A stretch of 64,000 bases of DNA from Oscillospiraceae bacterium (GCA_028704415.1 JAQWFM010000002.1:3966-67965); one strand, 5' to 3'; positions 33,441 through 43,859 are shown, counted from the first letter of the stretch. Program-made: numbers and translations. The notes: generated by a model from the sequence alone, not told the origin.

Positions 33441-33815
33441 ATGCCGGATCAAACTAAATCTGCAAAAAATAATCAGGTCTGCGACTGTGACACAGTTCAT
33501 GAAGACGTCGTAGCCTTAGTCAGGAGCCGGCTGCCGGATGACGCGCACAGCCAGGATCTGGCTGACTTTTTTAAAGTCTTTTCAGACCCCACCCGGGTCA
33601 GAATCGTCCTGGCGCTGGACGAGCATGAGCTTTGTGTCTGTGACCTGGCGGTCCTGCTGAATCTGACTAAATCGGCTATTTCGCATCAACTGGCCTACCT
33701 CAGACAGCGCAAATTGGTCAGGAACCGCCGGGACGGCAAAACGGTCTATTATTCCCTGGCGGATAAACATATCCAGGATATTATTGAAATCGCGGTGGAG
33801 CACACCAACGAGTAG
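33441..33815 (+). CDS. ArsR/SmtB-family metalloregulator
   Basis: ELCVCDLAVLLNLTKSAISHQLAYLRQRKLV winged HTH with the CVC alpha3 metal site, plus an N-terminal CDCD. Confidence 0.85.
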   Translation: MPDQTKSAKNNQVCDCDTVHEDVVALVRSRLPDDAHSQDLADFFKVFSDPTRVRIVLALDEHELCVCDLAVLLNLTKSAISHQLAYLRQRKLVRNRRDGKTVYYSLADKHIQDIIEIAVEHTNE

Positions 33816-33859
33816 ACCCGGAGCGGCGCAGAGCCCCGCGGCCCTCAGGTCCAGCCACC

Positions 33860-34846
33860 TCAGGCCAGAATCGCCTCTATACGCGCCAGCTCCTCTGGCG
33901 TAAAGGCCAGCTGATTTAAAGCGACCGCATCTTCTTTGATTTGGGCAGGTTTGCTGGCCCCGATGATCAGCGAGGTCATGGGTTTAAGCCGCAGATTCCA
34001 GGCCAAAGCCATTTGGGACAGGGACTGGCCGCGCGCCTTTGCCAGCTGATCCAGCTGCCGCGCTTTAGCCACTGCCTCCGCCGTGACGCGGTCGGGCTTA
34101 AGAAACTGGCTGCCGGAGCCGGCGCGGGAGTCAGCCGGGATGCCGTCAAAATAGCGATTGGTCAGCAGTCCCTGAGCCAGGGAGGAAAAGGCGATACAAC
34201 CCATACCCTCCTGCTCCAGGACCGGCAGCAAATCGGTTTCTATCCCGCGGTTAAACATATTGTAGCGGGACTGATGGATCAGACAGTGGATGCCGCGGTC
34301 TTTCAGCAGCCGGGCGGCCCGCCGGGTGTCTGCCGCGCTGTAGTTTGACAAGCCCACATACAGCGCTTTGCCCTGCCGGACAGCGGTAGCCAGGGCATCC
34401 ATGGTTTCTTCCAGCGGGGTTTCAGGATCCGGCCGGTGATGATAAAAGATGTCAACATAATCCAGACCCAGCCGGCGGAGACTCTGATCCAGCGAGGCCA
34501 GCAGATATTTGCGTGACCCCCAGTCCCCGTAAGGCCCCGGCCACATGGTGTAACCGGCTTTGGTGGAGATGATCAGCTCATCCCGGTAAGGCCGCAGGTC
34601 TGCCTGCAGCAGCCGCCCCAGCGTGATCTCCGCACTGCCGGGCCGCGGACCGTAATTGTTGGCCAGGTCAAAATGGGTGATGCCCAGGTCAAAGGCCGTC
34701 AAAGCCATAGCCCGGGCGTTGGCGTAGTCCGCTGTTTTCCCAAAATTATGCCAGAAACCTAAAGACAGGCGGGGCAGCTTAAGGCCGCTTTGGCCGCAGC
34801 GCTGGTAGAGCATGGTTTCATAACGATTTTCATTGGCCAGATACAT
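33860..34846 (-). CDS. Aldo/keto reductase (YghZ/Tas-like)
   Basis: GITHFDLANNYG, FYHHRPD, GLSNY, and the AKR length. SD GAGGAGG lies 6 nt before the ATG. Confidence 0.88.
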   Translation of the reverse strand: MYLANENRYETMLYQRCGQSGLKLPRLSLGFWHNFGKTADYANARAMALTAFDLGITHFDLANNYGPRPGSAEITLGRLLQADLRPYRDELIISTKAGYTMWPGPYGDWGSRKYLLASLDQSLRRLGLDYVDIFYHHRPDPETPLEETMDALATAVRQGKALYVGLSNYSAADTRRAARLLKDRGIHCLIHQSRYNMFNRGIETDLLPVLEQEGMGCIAFSSLAQGLLTNRYFDGIPADSRAGSGSQFLKPDRVTAEAVAKARQLDQLAKARGQSLSQMALAWNLRLKPMTSLIIGASKPAQIKEDAVALNQLAFTPEELARIEAILA

Positions 34847-35091
34847 GACAATCCTCCTCAGGGGGGTTAAAAAACAGCGCAGCGGCGGTTTGGGCGATCG
34901 TTCTTTTATTATAAAACAGCGGCGGCAGAAATAAGTGTGTCGCCTGGCTTTAAAAAACCAGGCTTAAGGTTATAATCGAAAGCGTTTAGTTGCCGGCCGG
35001 CTGGTCTTGCTCACCGGAGAAGCGCTTTGGGCCGCTGGCGGTTAACTGCTTTAAGCAATAACGGATCAGACCGATCCGCAGGAGGTTTATC

Positions 35092-36306
35092 ATGGCAGAT
35101 TTAGCAGAAGAGGGCAAAGAACTGTTGGGCAAGCTGAAACAGCAGGGCGACTCGATCTTAGACAAGTTTAAGACCGTGCAGACTGAAAAGACCATAGACC
35201 TGAGCCGGGTGGTCAAGGTGGCCATCATTGGCTGCGGCTGGATTGCCGAAGCGCATGTCGAAGGTTATCAGGCCTGTCCGGATGTTGAGATTGTCGCGGT
35301 GGCAGATTTAGTGCCCGGCAAGGCGGAGGCTTTTTGCCGGCGCTGCGGGATTAAGGGCGCCCGGATCTATGAGAGTGACCAAGCCCTGCTTGCCGCGGAA
35401 ACGGAGCTGGACGCGGTGAGCATCTGTACCTACAATACGCAGCACGCGCCCTGCGCCATTCACGCGCTGAACGCGGGGCTGAACGTCCTGCTGGAAAAGC
35501 CCTTTACCGTGACGCTGGACGAAGCGGTGGCCGTCATGAAGGCAGAAAAGGCTTCCGGCAAAATCCTGTCGATTGGGTTTCAGCCGCGCCTGGATGCCAA
35601 CATGCAGATGATCAAAAAAATCGTGGCGTCCGGGGAACTGGGCGAGATCTATTATATCCAGACCGGCGGCGGCCGGCGCCGGGGTATCCCCACGCCGTTT
35701 GGCACCAGCTTTATTGATCAGGCTACCGGCGGTATCGGAGCGCTGGGTGATATTGGCTGCTATTCCCTGGATCTGGTGCTCAATGCCATTGGCTATCCCA
35801 AGCCGCTGACCGTGAGTGGCTATACCAGTAACTTTTTTGGGACCGATCCGCAATACTATATCAATGAGGGGCAGCCGGCCGAATATGCCCGTCACTTTGG
35901 CGTAGATGATTTTGCCGCGGCCTTTGTCCGGCTGGAGGGCGGCATTGTGCTGGACTTCCGCATTGCCTGGGCGATGCAGCTGGATACGCCGGGCGATACC
36001 ATTATTATGGGCAAAAAGGGCTCCCTGCGGGTACCTTCCACGGAGTGCTGGAATGGCACGGTGGACAAACCTATGATTATTTATCATGACATTGCGGGCG
36101 AAGCGGTGGAGACGGTGATCCCGATTATAAAATCCAGTGGTTCGCTGTTTAATAAAAAGATCCGTTCCTTTGTAGACGCGGTTAAGGATCATCTGCCTGC
36201 GCCGGTTCCGTCCAGTCAGATTCTGTATAACCAGGCGATTATCGACGGTATCAACCGGTCAGCTCAGGCGGGCCGGGAAATCCAGATTGAGATTCCGGAG
36301 ATCTGA
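35092..36306 (+). CDS. Gfo/Idh/MocA-family NAD(P)-dependent oxidoreductase with about 40-aa N-terminal extension
   Basis: Rossmann motif VAIIGCGWIAEAH and the EKP motif LLEKPF. SD AGGAGG lies 7 nt before ATG 35092. Confidence 0.85.
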   Translation: MADLAEEGKELLGKLKQQGDSILDKFKTVQTEKTIDLSRVVKVAIIGCGWIAEAHVEGYQACPDVEIVAVADLVPGKAEAFCRRCGIKGARIYESDQALLAAETELDAVSICTYNTQHAPCAIHALNAGLNVLLEKPFTVTLDEAVAVMKAEKASGKILSIGFQPRLDANMQMIKKIVASGELGEIYYIQTGGGRRRGIPTPFGTSFIDQATGGIGALGDIGCYSLDLVLNAIGYPKPLTVSGYTSNFFGTDPQYYINEGQPAEYARHFGVDDFAAAFVRLEGGIVLDFRIAWAMQLDTPGDTIIMGKKGSLRVPSTECWNGTVDKPMIIYHDIAGEAVETVIPIIKSSGSLFNKKIRSFVDAVKDHLPAPVPSSQILYNQAIIDGINRSAQAGREIQIEIPEI

Positions 36307-36322
36307 CCTCGGACAGCCGGGT

Positions 36323-37270
36323 TTACCGCTGCAGCTGGGCTCCGGCGGCAGCCTGGCTCAGCCAGGGAACCAGATCAGCCACGGAGGGCAGCACCGCGTC
36401 CGGCTGGACCGGAGAGCCGGCCAAATCTGCCCGGCTGGCTTCACCGCTTAACACCAGCAGGCCATGCGCGCCGTTATTAACCCCGCAGGCAATGTCGGTA
36501 TAAAGGCGGTCCCCTATGAACGTCAGCTGACTGCGGGGTACCCCGGATAAGGCTTCAATGGCCGCGACGGTTTCAGGATAGGGCTTGCCCAGGATGACCG
36601 GTTTGACCCCGGTAGAGGCGCTGATCAGGCTGATTATGGCGCCGCAGTCGGGGATGAAGCCGTTTTCAGTCGGGCAGTTGATATCCGGATGGGTGGCCAC
36701 AAAGCCGGCGCCCTCCCTAATTGCCTGACAGGCTCGGGCCAGCTTGGCGTAGGTCAGGCTTTGGTCAAAGGTCAGCAGTACCAGGTCAGGCCGCTCGGCC
36801 CGGCTATCGTCCGGACCGGCAGGCTCTGACCAGAGCCTGATCCCGGCGGCTTCAAACTGCCGGGTGACGCTTGGTGTAGCCAGCAGGCAGACCCGGGCCT
36901 GGGGCTGCTCGCGCTGCAGCCAGGAAATGGCAACATCTCCGGAGGTGACAATGGGCGGCAGCGGGCCCTGCCAGCCCAGCCGGCGCAGTTTTTGCGCATA
37001 ATGAGCGGCGGTGGTGGAGGAATTGTTGGTAAAAAACAGACAATCCCGCTCAGCACTGGCCTGGCAGGCTTGCAGGAAAGCCCAGGCGCCCGGCAGCGGG
37101 TTTTCCCCCAGGTAAATGGTGCCGTCCATGTCCACCACAAAAAGACGGGTCTCCTTTATGAGCTGAGCCAGCGGCACTCCGGGCCGGGGCGTCTGGCGCG
37201 GCGGGTTTGGTTCAGGCCGGGCCGGCTCACTGGGCCGGGCGGGCAGATCAGATGGGGACGGGACAGTCAT
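36323..37270 (-). CDS. HAD-IIA (NagD/AraL-like) sugar phosphatase with Pro-rich N-terminal extension
   Basis: VVDMDGTIYLG (motif I), FFTNNSS (motif II), GDRLYTDI (motif IV). SD AAGAGG lies before the ATG. Confidence 0.82.
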   Translation of the reverse strand: MTVPSPSDLPARPSEPARPEPNPPRQTPRPGVPLAQLIKETRLFVVDMDGTIYLGENPLPGAWAFLQACQASAERDCLFFTNNSSTTAAHYAQKLRRLGWQGPLPPIVTSGDVAISWLQREQPQARVCLLATPSVTRQFEAAGIRLWSEPAGPDDSRAERPDLVLLTFDQSLTYAKLARACQAIREGAGFVATHPDINCPTENGFIPDCGAIISLISASTGVKPVILGKPYPETVAAIEALSGVPRSQLTFIGDRLYTDIACGVNNGAHGLLVLSGEASRADLAGSPVQPDAVLPSVADLVPWLSQAAAGAQLQR

Positions 37271-37349
37271 TTCGTAACCTCTTAATTTTTTCCTTCATTT
37301 TAGCATAGCCGCATTGGTTATAATGAGAGAAAAGCGGAGGTGACAGACC

Positions 37350-39119
37350 ATGACAATGCCTGAGACGGTTAAGCCAGACATGACTAAGCCTGAGCTGAAA
37401 CACCTGATAGCCGTGGCGGCAGGCCGCCAGCCGGCTGATCTGGTGATCCGCGGCGCACGGATTGCCGATGTATTAAATCAGACCTTGATTGACGGACAGG
37501 ATGTGGCGGTCTGTGGCGGTTTAATTGCCGGCATTGGTCACTATGAGGGCCGGGAGACACTGGATGCCCGCGGAGCTTATTTGAGCCCGGGCTTTATTGA
37601 CGCGCATATTCATATTGAGTCCTCTTATGTCACCCCGGAAGAACTGGGCGCCTTGCTTATGCCCCATGGAACGGCCGCGATTATTGCGGATCCGCATGAA
37701 ATCGTGAATGTCTGCGGCGCGGCCGGCCTGCACTATATGCAGGCCGCCAGCCGGCAGACGCCGCTGGATATTCGCTTTATGTACCCGTCCTGCGTACCGG
37801 CCACGCCGTTTGAAACCAATGGCGCAAAGATCACGGCAGACGTGATTAAGTCAGACCTGGACCAGCCGGATGTGCTGGGGCTGGGGGAATTTATGAATGT
37901 GCCGGCCGTCCTGGCGGGGGAAGACTGGGCGTTGGATGAATTGCTGCTGGCGCGCCGGCACGGGCGGCTGATTGACGGCCACAGTCCGGGGCTTAAAGGC
38001 AAAAACCTGGATGCTTACATATCGGCCGGGGTCCACACCGACCATGAGTGCTCCACGGTAGAGGAAATGCAGGACCGGCTCAGACGGGGGCAGTATGTGC
38101 TGCTGCGGGAAGGCTCGGCCTGTCATGATTTACGGCCGCTGCTGAAAGGGGTGACCGCAGCTAACTGCCGGCATCTTTGCTTTTGCTCGGACGACCGGCA
38201 GGCAGAGACCATTTTGAGCCGCGGTCACCTTGACGAGCATTTGCGCATTGCGGTTCAGGAAGGCGGCCTGAATCCGCTGCTGGCGCTGGCCATGGCCAGC
38301 ATTAACGCGGCGGAGTGCTACCGGCTGTATGACCGGGGACAAATTGCGCCGGGCCGGCGGGCGGATCTGGTTTTGCTGGAGGATCTGCGGGACTTTAAGG
38401 TCCGGGCTAATTTTATCGGCGGGGTTAAAGTAGCAGAACAAGGCCGCTGTCTGATCCCGCTGCGGCGGCTGCCGCTGCCTCCGGAGGTCAGATCCAGTTT
38501 TAAGGTACGGGATTTTTCCGCGGCCAGATTGAGGCTGCCCCTGGCCACGGGGCGGGTTCATGCGATTGAAATATTACCGGGCGGGGTACTGACGGCAGAT
38601 TCTATCTGCCAGGCCCGGCGGGATGCGGCAGGCTGTTTTATCTTTGACCCGGCGCTGGATCTGGTAAAAATAGCGGTGATTGAGCGGCACCGGGGCAGCG
38701 GCCGGGTTGGCCTGGGTCTCCTGAAAGGGTACGGCCTGCGCCGCGGGGCGCTGGCCCTGTCCATCGCTCATGATTCTCACAATATCATTGCGGTGGGGGC
38801 TAGCGACCAGGATATGGAGCTGGCGGTGACGACTTTGCTGGAGCAAGGCGGCGGCATAGCCCTGGCGCTGGATGGTCACTTGCTCAGCTGTCTGCCCCTG
38901 ACGGTGGCCGGACTGATGAGTGAGCAGACGGGAGCGGCCGTCAGCCGGGCGTTGGCCAACATTCACCGGGACGCTCATGAGCGGCTGGGGGTCAAGCCGG
39001 AGCTGGATGCGGTGATGACCCTGAGCTTTATGTCGCTGGCCGTCATCCCGGCGCTGAAGCTGACTGACCGGGGCCTGTTTGATGTCAATCGTTTTGGGTT
39101 TACGTCTCTGGATGCCTGA
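37350..39119 (+). CDS. ade: Adenine deaminase
   Basis: GFIDAHIHIESS metal site, GVHTDHE, and a 589-aa amidohydrolase with the adenine-deaminase C-domain. Confidence 0.88.
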   Translation: MTMPETVKPDMTKPELKHLIAVAAGRQPADLVIRGARIADVLNQTLIDGQDVAVCGGLIAGIGHYEGRETLDARGAYLSPGFIDAHIHIESSYVTPEELGALLMPHGTAAIIADPHEIVNVCGAAGLHYMQAASRQTPLDIRFMYPSCVPATPFETNGAKITADVIKSDLDQPDVLGLGEFMNVPAVLAGEDWALDELLLARRHGRLIDGHSPGLKGKNLDAYISAGVHTDHECSTVEEMQDRLRRGQYVLLREGSACHDLRPLLKGVTAANCRHLCFCSDDRQAETILSRGHLDEHLRIAVQEGGLNPLLALAMASINAAECYRLYDRGQIAPGRRADLVLLEDLRDFKVRANFIGGVKVAEQGRCLIPLRRLPLPPEVRSSFKVRDFSAARLRLPLATGRVHAIEILPGGVLTADSICQARRDAAGCFIFDPALDLVKIAVIERHRGSGRVGLGLLKGYGLRRGALALSIAHDSHNIIAVGASDQDMELAVTTLLEQGGGIALALDGHLLSCLPLTVAGLMSEQTGAAVSRALANIHRDAHERLGVKPELDAVMTLSFMSLAVIPALKLTDRGLFDVNRFGFTSLDA

Positions 39120-39152
39120 GCCGCGGCCCTTGCCGCCGGAAAGGAGTTACTT

Positions 39153-39860
39153 TTGAAAAAGAACCAGCCAGCAGGCCGGCTGTCACCTGCAAAAAAGGGT
39201 GGCCGGCTGGCGCGACTAGTGAAAACCCGCCCGCAATCCCGGCTTAAGCGTGGCGGCCTGCTGGCTGCCGCGGCTTTGCTGCTGCTGGCTGCAGTCTTGG
39301 TGGTCTGGCAGGTTTTGACTCCGGCGCCGGTAGTTTTGCCGGAAGTGACCCGCGATTATAATCAGGCGATTTTAGGCTCGGCTACGGCAACAGAGGCTCA
39401 GGCGCTGGCCTGGGCCAGGAGCAATAAAGCCAGCCAGACATTTAGAAGCTGGATTTCGCTATATTGGCAACTGGGGGAAAGCTACGGGGTCAACCCGGTC
39501 CTGGCCTATGCGCAGGCCGGCTTAGAAACCAATTTCGGGCACTTTGGCGGCGTTTTGGATGTAAGCTACTATAACCCCTGCGGTCTGAAAACTGCGGCGG
39601 GTGGTGATGATGACGATGCCGCGGCCCATCAGCGCTTTGCCAGCTGGGAAGACGGCATCCGGGCTCAGTTTGAGCATCTGGCGCTTTACGCCGGACAGAC
39701 CGGCTTCCCGCTGGCCAATCCGGTGGATCCGCGGCATTATGCTTATCTGGCCGGTTCGGCCCGGACGGTGGGCTTAGTAGCGGAAACCTGGGCCAGTGAT
39801 CCGGACTATGCGGAAAAGTGGACCTATTTAATTGACCGGCTGGAAGTTACCCCCGGCTGA
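39153..39860 (+). CDS. Membrane-anchored glucosaminidase-domain (GH73-like) cell-wall hydrolase
   Basis: N-terminal TM segment (LLAAAALLLLAAVLVVW) and the catalytic-region motif LAYAQAGLETNFGHFGG. TTG start with AAAGGAG 7 nt upstream. Confidence 0.75.
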   Translation: MKKNQPAGRLSPAKKGGRLARLVKTRPQSRLKRGGLLAAAALLLLAAVLVVWQVLTPAPVVLPEVTRDYNQAILGSATATEAQALAWARSNKASQTFRSWISLYWQLGESYGVNPVLAYAQAGLETNFGHFGGVLDVSYYNPCGLKTAAGGDDDDAAAHQRFASWEDGIRAQFEHLALYAGQTGFPLANPVDPRHYAYLAGSARTVGLVAETWASDPDYAEKWTYLIDRLEVTPG

Positions 39861-39877
39861 CCCTCAGGTCGGCGAGG

Positions 39878-40417
39878 TTAATCCAGGCCCGGTAGTCTGG
39901 TGCTGGCTTCGCCCCAACGGTTGGCCCAGGCCTCAGTCCAAAACCAACTGTAGGAGCGGCCGCTTTGCTGCCGCCACCTGCGGCAGCAAGGCCAGTTTGC
40001 CCAGATGAACGAGGACAGGCCGATGACGGGCAGATACAGCGGCCCCAGCAGCAGCGACTGCCAGGTGTGGCCGTATTCATGCACCGCTATGCGGCGGACG
40101 GCTGGCGGCAGCTTGGCCAGACTGCTGATCGGGAGGGGGCGCCAGGCGGGGGGCAGGGACAAGGCCGCTGCGGTATCAGGATCACTGGCTGCACCAGACC
40201 AGGCCGGGATAAAGATAAAAAGGCCTAAAGAAACCCCGCCGGCGTGGCGCCAGCCGGTTACAATACAGCCGCGGTAAAAGCGGCGGGGCCTGGCTTTACC
40301 TTGCAACAGGCAGAGCAGCAGGCCAAGTAATGACTGGGGCAAGCCCAAACTCAGCTGCAGCAGACTGTACATCATACAGGCGACGGTTGTGATCAGTGGG
40401 GTCCGAATCGGAGACAT
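39878..40417 (-). CDS. Small polytopic membrane protein with HExxH motif (putative zinc metallopeptidase)
   Basis: Hydrophobic segments plus VHEYGHTWQ. SD GAAAGGAA lies before the ATG. The family was not identified. Confidence 0.4.
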   Translation of the reverse strand: MSPIRTPLITTVACMMYSLLQLSLGLPQSLLGLLLCLLQGKARPRRFYRGCIVTGWRHAGGVSLGLFIFIPAWSGAASDPDTAAALSLPPAWRPLPISSLAKLPPAVRRIAVHEYGHTWQSLLLGPLYLPVIGLSSFIWANWPCCRRWRQQSGRSYSWFWTEAWANRWGEASTRLPGLD

Positions 40418-40559
40418 CAGGGCGTTCCTTTCCCGCAGCCAGGCTGAATCCGTTATAATAGTCAGGGTCTACCGGATACTGGCGCCGCCAGACCGGCTAA
40501 TCCGCTGCCGGGACGTAACGGCTGAATATAGATCCAGTTTACAGGAAGAAGGAAAAGCG

Positions 40560-41417
40560 ATGCAAGAAGAATCCTTAAGTTGTCTGCCCAGTCAGGGTCA
40601 GCGTATCTTATTGCCGGAGGAGGCCCGGACCGATTGGCTGGCTTTGCTGGACAAGATCCAGGCGGCTGTCCGGCAGGCTTCCCGGCTGATGCTCGACGCC
40701 TCAGATATCCGCAGCAAAACCCGGCAAAAAACCAGCCGGGCAGATTTGGTTACGACCTATGATGTGGCCATCCAGAAGGAACTGCAAATGATGCTCAACC
40801 GGCTTTGCCCGGATCTGGGCTTTTTGGGCGAAGAAGGCGAGCATGGCACGCTGGTTAACCGGGACAGCTTTTTTGTGGTGGACCCGATAGACGGTACGAC
40901 CAATTTTGTCTATGATTACCGCCACAGTGCTATTTCCGTTGGCCTGATTTTGGCGGGCGAGCCCGTCCTGGCCTGCTGTTTTGATCCTTATCTGGATGAA
41001 TGCTTTACCGCGCTTAAGGGCCTGGGCGCCAAGCTAAACGGCGTGCCTATGCAGGTCGGCCGGCAGGAGCTTGGCGGCAGCGTGATCCTGTTTGGCACCT
41101 CGCCCTATAATCCGGAAACCCGGCCTAAAAGCTATCGCTATCTGCAGGCCTTGCATGAGCACGGCCGTGACGTGCGCCGCAGCGGCTCGGCTGTTTTGGA
41201 TCTGGCTTATGTCGCGGCCGGTCGCGGGGACTTGTTTTTTGAAAGCCATTTGAGCCCCTGGGATTTTGGCGCCGCGGCTTTGCTGGTTAAGGAAGCGGGC
41301 GGTAAGGTAACCCGGCTGGACGGTCAGCCGCTGCGTTATGACCGGGGCGGCTCGGTTTTGGCCGGTAACCCCACGGTCTGGCAGCAGGCGCAGACGATCT
41401 GGGCCGGACTAGATTAA
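40560..41417 (+). CDS. Inositol-monophosphatase-family protein
   Basis: FLGEEGE, VVDPIDGTTNFV, WDFGAAALLVKEAGG. Start moved to MQEESL (ATG 40560), because the track ORF start overlaps the divergent gene. Confidence 0.85.
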   Translation: MQEESLSCLPSQGQRILLPEEARTDWLALLDKIQAAVRQASRLMLDASDIRSKTRQKTSRADLVTTYDVAIQKELQMMLNRLCPDLGFLGEEGEHGTLVNRDSFFVVDPIDGTTNFVYDYRHSAISVGLILAGEPVLACCFDPYLDECFTALKGLGAKLNGVPMQVGRQELGGSVILFGTSPYNPETRPKSYRYLQALHEHGRDVRRSGSAVLDLAYVAAGRGDLFFESHLSPWDFGAAALLVKEAGGKVTRLDGQPLRYDRGGSVLAGNPTVWQQAQTIWAGLD

Positions 41418-41524
41418 ACCTGCGGTCGGGCAGTGCTGACCGGCCGCAGGCTCGCTTAACCGGCCCGTTGAGCTGAACCTTGTGACTTGGGCGCCGGCGG
41501 CAAGACCGCAAGGGGGCCTGCAGG

Positions 41525-42229
41525 TTAGGCTTTTTGGCCGTAGTAGGCGTTTTTGCCGTGTTTGCGCTGGTAATGCTTGTCCAAAAGATAGTCTTCTATG
41601 GGCCGGACCTGCGGATTGATCAGCTCGGTGTGTACCGCCATCATGCAGCACTCTTCCAGCACCACGGCATTGTGCACCGCCTCCGCCGCGCTTTTACCCC
41701 AGGCAAAGGGACCGTGGCCTGAAACCAGGACTGCCGGGACCGCCAGGGGGTCCAGCTGCCGCTCCCGGAAGGTTTCCGCAATCACTTTGCCGGTATTCAG
41801 CTCATAGGCATCTGCAATTTCAGCCTGACTTAACTTGCGGGTGGCCGGAACCGGGCCGTAGAACGTATCCGCGTGGGTGGTGCCATAAGCCGGCAGGTCC
41901 CGGCAGCTTTGGGCCCAGGCGGTGGCCCAGCGGGAGTGGGTGTGCACAATCCCGCCCAGCTGGGGGAACTGCTGATAGAGGTACAGATGCGTGGGGGTGT
42001 CGCTGCTGGGGTTAAGCGCCCCGGCCAGGCGCTGGCCGTCGGTCAGGCTTAAGACCACCAGGTCCTCCTGTTTCAGCTGGTCATACGGGACCCCGCTGGG
42101 TTTGATGACCAGCAGGCCTTGTTCCCGGTCACAGGCGCTGACATTACCCCAGGTAAAAACCACCAGGTTCATCCGGGGCAGATCCAGGTTAGCTTCAAGT
42201 ACATCGCGGGCGAGTTTTTGATAATCCAT
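41525..42229 (-). CDS. araD: L-ribulose-5-phosphate 4-epimerase
   Basis: Class II aldolase/AraD signature: TWGNVS...[27 protein letters not shown]. Confidence 0.9.
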   Translation of the reverse strand: MDYQKLARDVLEANLDLPRMNLVVFTWGNVSACDREQGLLVIKPSGVPYDQLKQEDLVVLSLTDGQRLAGALNPSSDTPTHLYLYQQFPQLGGIVHTHSRWATAWAQSCRDLPAYGTTHADTFYGPVPATRKLSQAEIADAYELNTGKVIAETFRERQLDPLAVPAVLVSGHGPFAWGKSAAEAVHNAVVLEECCMMAVHTELINPQVRPIEDYLLDKHYQRKHGKNAYYGQKA

Positions 42230-42323
42230 AGTATAGTCCTTTCTGGGCGGACAGCCGGGAAAGACGCGGCTGGCGTCTGCCCGGCTGCCTGGCCAGGGTA
42301 CTCAGGGGGTGGCAGCGGTCCGG

Positions 42324-43802
42324 TCAGCTTAGCTTATAGGCAAGGTCATTCCAGAACAGCTCCTTCTTAAAGGCTTCGGCCGTGGTGTCATGCGTAATAT
42401 GGACACATTCGATCCCCATGATATTGGCCCAGTCGCTGAGCTGTTCGGCGGATACCTGCTGGGTTAAGACTGAGTGATGCGCGCCGCCGGCTAAAATCCA
42501 GCATTCACAACCGGTATAAAGATCCGGCTCCGGCCGCCACATCACGCGGGCAACCGGCAGATTGGGCATGGTTAAGGTCGGTTTGACCACCTGGATATCA
42601 TGCAGGATCATGCGCAGGCGGCCGCCCATGTCAATCACGCTGCAAAGGACAGCCGGGCCTTCGCGCCCCTCAAAGACCAGCCGGGCCGGATCTTCGCGAT
42701 CGCCGATTCCCAGCGGGTGTACCTCAATCCGGGGCCGCTCGGCTGCAATGGTGGGGCAGACCTCCAGCATATGACTGCCCAGCTCCAGCTCTGCGCCGGG
42801 GGTCAGATCATAGGTGTAATCCTCCATAAAGATGGTGCCGCCGGGCTTGCCCTGTCCCATGGCCTTGACTATGGCCACCATGCCGGAGGTCTTCCAGTCG
42901 CCTTCGGCGCCAAAGCCGTAACCTTCTGCCATCAGGTGCTGGCTGGCCAGACCGGGCAGCTGGCGAAGCCCGTAGAGATCCTGGAACGTATTGCTGTAAG
43001 CATCGATACCGTCACGTTTAAAGAGGCGGCGCATGGCCAGCTCTTCCCGCGCCTGATAACGGATGCTTTCCAGATTATCGGTCGCAATATCATAGGCCTG
43101 GCGGTAAACTGCCATCTGCTCATCTACCTCGGCCTCAGTGACCCTGGCGATTTCCTCGGCCAGCTCGCCCACCGGGGTGGTGTTGACCTGCCAGCCCAGC
43201 TGGATCTGCACGCCTACCTTATCGCCTTCGGTTACCGCAACCTCACGCATGTTGTCGCCAAACCGCATGATTTTCAGACTGCGGCTGACCGCGACGCCGT
43301 AGGCGGTGCGCATCCAGTCGCCCAGCTTATGCCGGACCTTGGGATCTTCCCAGTAGCCGACAATTATCTTGCGGGCCAGCCGCATGCGGGCGGCAATAAA
43401 CCCATGCTCCCGGTCCGCGTGAGCTGACTGATTAAGGTTCATGAAATCCATGTCAATTCCTTCATTGGGGATATTGCGGTTGAACTGGGTGTGCAGATGA
43501 CAGTAGGGCTTTTGCAGTAAGGAAAAGCCGTTTATCCACATTTTGGACGGCGAAAAGGTGTGGCACCAGACCACGATCCCGGCGCAGCGGTCATCCGCGT
43601 TGGCGGCTTTGGCCAACTCCGTGAATTCCGCGTTGGTCTTGACCACGCCCTTCATGAGGAGCGGACAGGGCAAGGCGGGATCATCATTTAGTCCGTCTAC
43701 CATGGCCTGGGAATCTGCTGCGACCTGCCGCAGTGTTTCTTCGCCATAAAGAAATTGAGATCCGGTAATAAACCAGAATGCCTGTTGCTTAAAGTCTTTC
43801 AT
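42324..43802 (-). CDS. araA: L-arabinose isomerase
   Basis: N-terminus FWFITGSQFLYGEETL, 492 aa, AraA-type sequence throughout. SD AAGGAGG lies 6 nt before the ATG. Confidence 0.92.
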   Translation of the reverse strand: MKDFKQQAFWFITGSQFLYGEETLRQVAADSQAMVDGLNDDPALPCPLLMKGVVKTNAEFTELAKAANADDRCAGIVVWCHTFSPSKMWINGFSLLQKPYCHLHTQFNRNIPNEGIDMDFMNLNQSAHADREHGFIAARMRLARKIIVGYWEDPKVRHKLGDWMRTAYGVAVSRSLKIMRFGDNMREVAVTEGDKVGVQIQLGWQVNTTPVGELAEEIARVTEAEVDEQMAVYRQAYDIATDNLESIRYQAREELAMRRLFKRDGIDAYSNTFQDLYGLRQLPGLASQHLMAEGYGFGAEGDWKTSGMVAIVKAMGQGKPGGTIFMEDYTYDLTPGAELELGSHMLEVCPTIAAERPRIEVHPLGIGDREDPARLVFEGREGPAVLCSVIDMGGRLRMILHDIQVVKPTLTMPNLPVARVMWRPEPDLYTGCECWILAGGAHHSVLTQQVSAEQLSDWANIMGIECVHITHDTTAEAFKKELFWNDLAYKLS

Positions 43803-43859
43803 CTGAAACCTCCTTGAGGCCTTGAACGGCCTGTTTGCTTTTAGCGGTTTTAAGTCAGT

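Noticed and set aside
35308-36192. Long antisense ORFs opposite well-supported genes. Examples: 35308-36192, 45603-46259, 47427-48035, 48524-49123, 53039-53620, 56102-56821, 42600-43427, 32103-32798, 4853-5680, 2309-2953, 15471-16118.
   Set aside because: Each lies entirely within, and antisense to, a gene whose translation carries clear family motifs. Their products are Arg/Gly/Ala/Pro-rich low-complexity strings typical of stop-poor frames in GC-rich coding DNA. None has a convincing SD.
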